From assembly GCA_964200185.2 (NCBI GenBank), contig CAXNAD020000049.1, positions 1 to 35,599 on the forward strand: a stretch of 35,599 bases of DNA, in the 5' to 3' direction. The stretch is from Choristocarpus tenellus KU-1152 (Eukaryota > Protista > Phaeophyceae). Below are positions 35,235-35,599 of the stretch, one piece after another. The notes under the pieces are model-generated. The model worked only from the letters and a program-made list of their open reading frames with translations. It was not told where the DNA came from and made no database searches. Both the position numbers and the translations under genes were made by a program. Positions within the stretch are counted from its first letter, which is position 1. Each line of letters opens with the position of its first letter.

Positions 35235-35599
35235 ATACCTTTCATACCTTCTCTGAGAAAGCACCGCAAGTGTTTTGTCTTCTATGCTGATGGTTTGAGA
35301 CAGAAAAGGTACACCGATAATAGAATCATATCATTGACGGATGGAATATATGTGTACACAGCCCCTGTGCTACAAACCAAAGAAGAAAATAATGGCATGT
35401 GCAGTGAACAGGTGTGGTCAAGATCAGAGGCAGCGTGAGACCTTCCCTGTGGAACTGCATCTGGAAAACATCATCAAACTGAGGGATGAGTTCAACCACC
35501 AAACCCTGTGTACATCTACTAACTCACTATTTAACAGCCGATTTCAAAAATTGGGGATGGAGCTTTTCATTGAGGATGGGCTTGACCCAAAATTGACTG

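Overview
Eukaryotic genomic DNA, not prokaryotic. The main feature is the 3' ~three-quarters of a ubiquitin-activating enzyme E1 (UBA1-family) gene on the minus strand. I traced 22 coding exons by hand (11275-28880; 2502 nt = 833 aa + stop), all phase-compatible, covering the adenylation domain, catalytic Cys domain and ubiquitin-fold domain. Its 5' exons appear to lie beyond the right edge, behind a repeat-filled intron of at least 6.7 kb. Two of 21 introns need GC donors, and 15 of 21 are phase 0. The non-coding DNA holds seven copies of two related non-autonomous TIR elements (MITEs) that share terminal and subterminal motifs and make 3-bp target duplications. It also holds an interstitial (TTAGGG)n insertion flanked by an 8-bp direct repeat, a ~125-bp-arm intronic hairpin, and a fold-back duplication of a decayed repeat-protein sequence. 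Most short ORFs in the supplied track are spurious or exon read-throughs. I cannot demonstrate a wholly new system; the best leads are the MITE pair, the telomeric insertion and the fold-back repeat-protein relic. The taxon could not be assigned.
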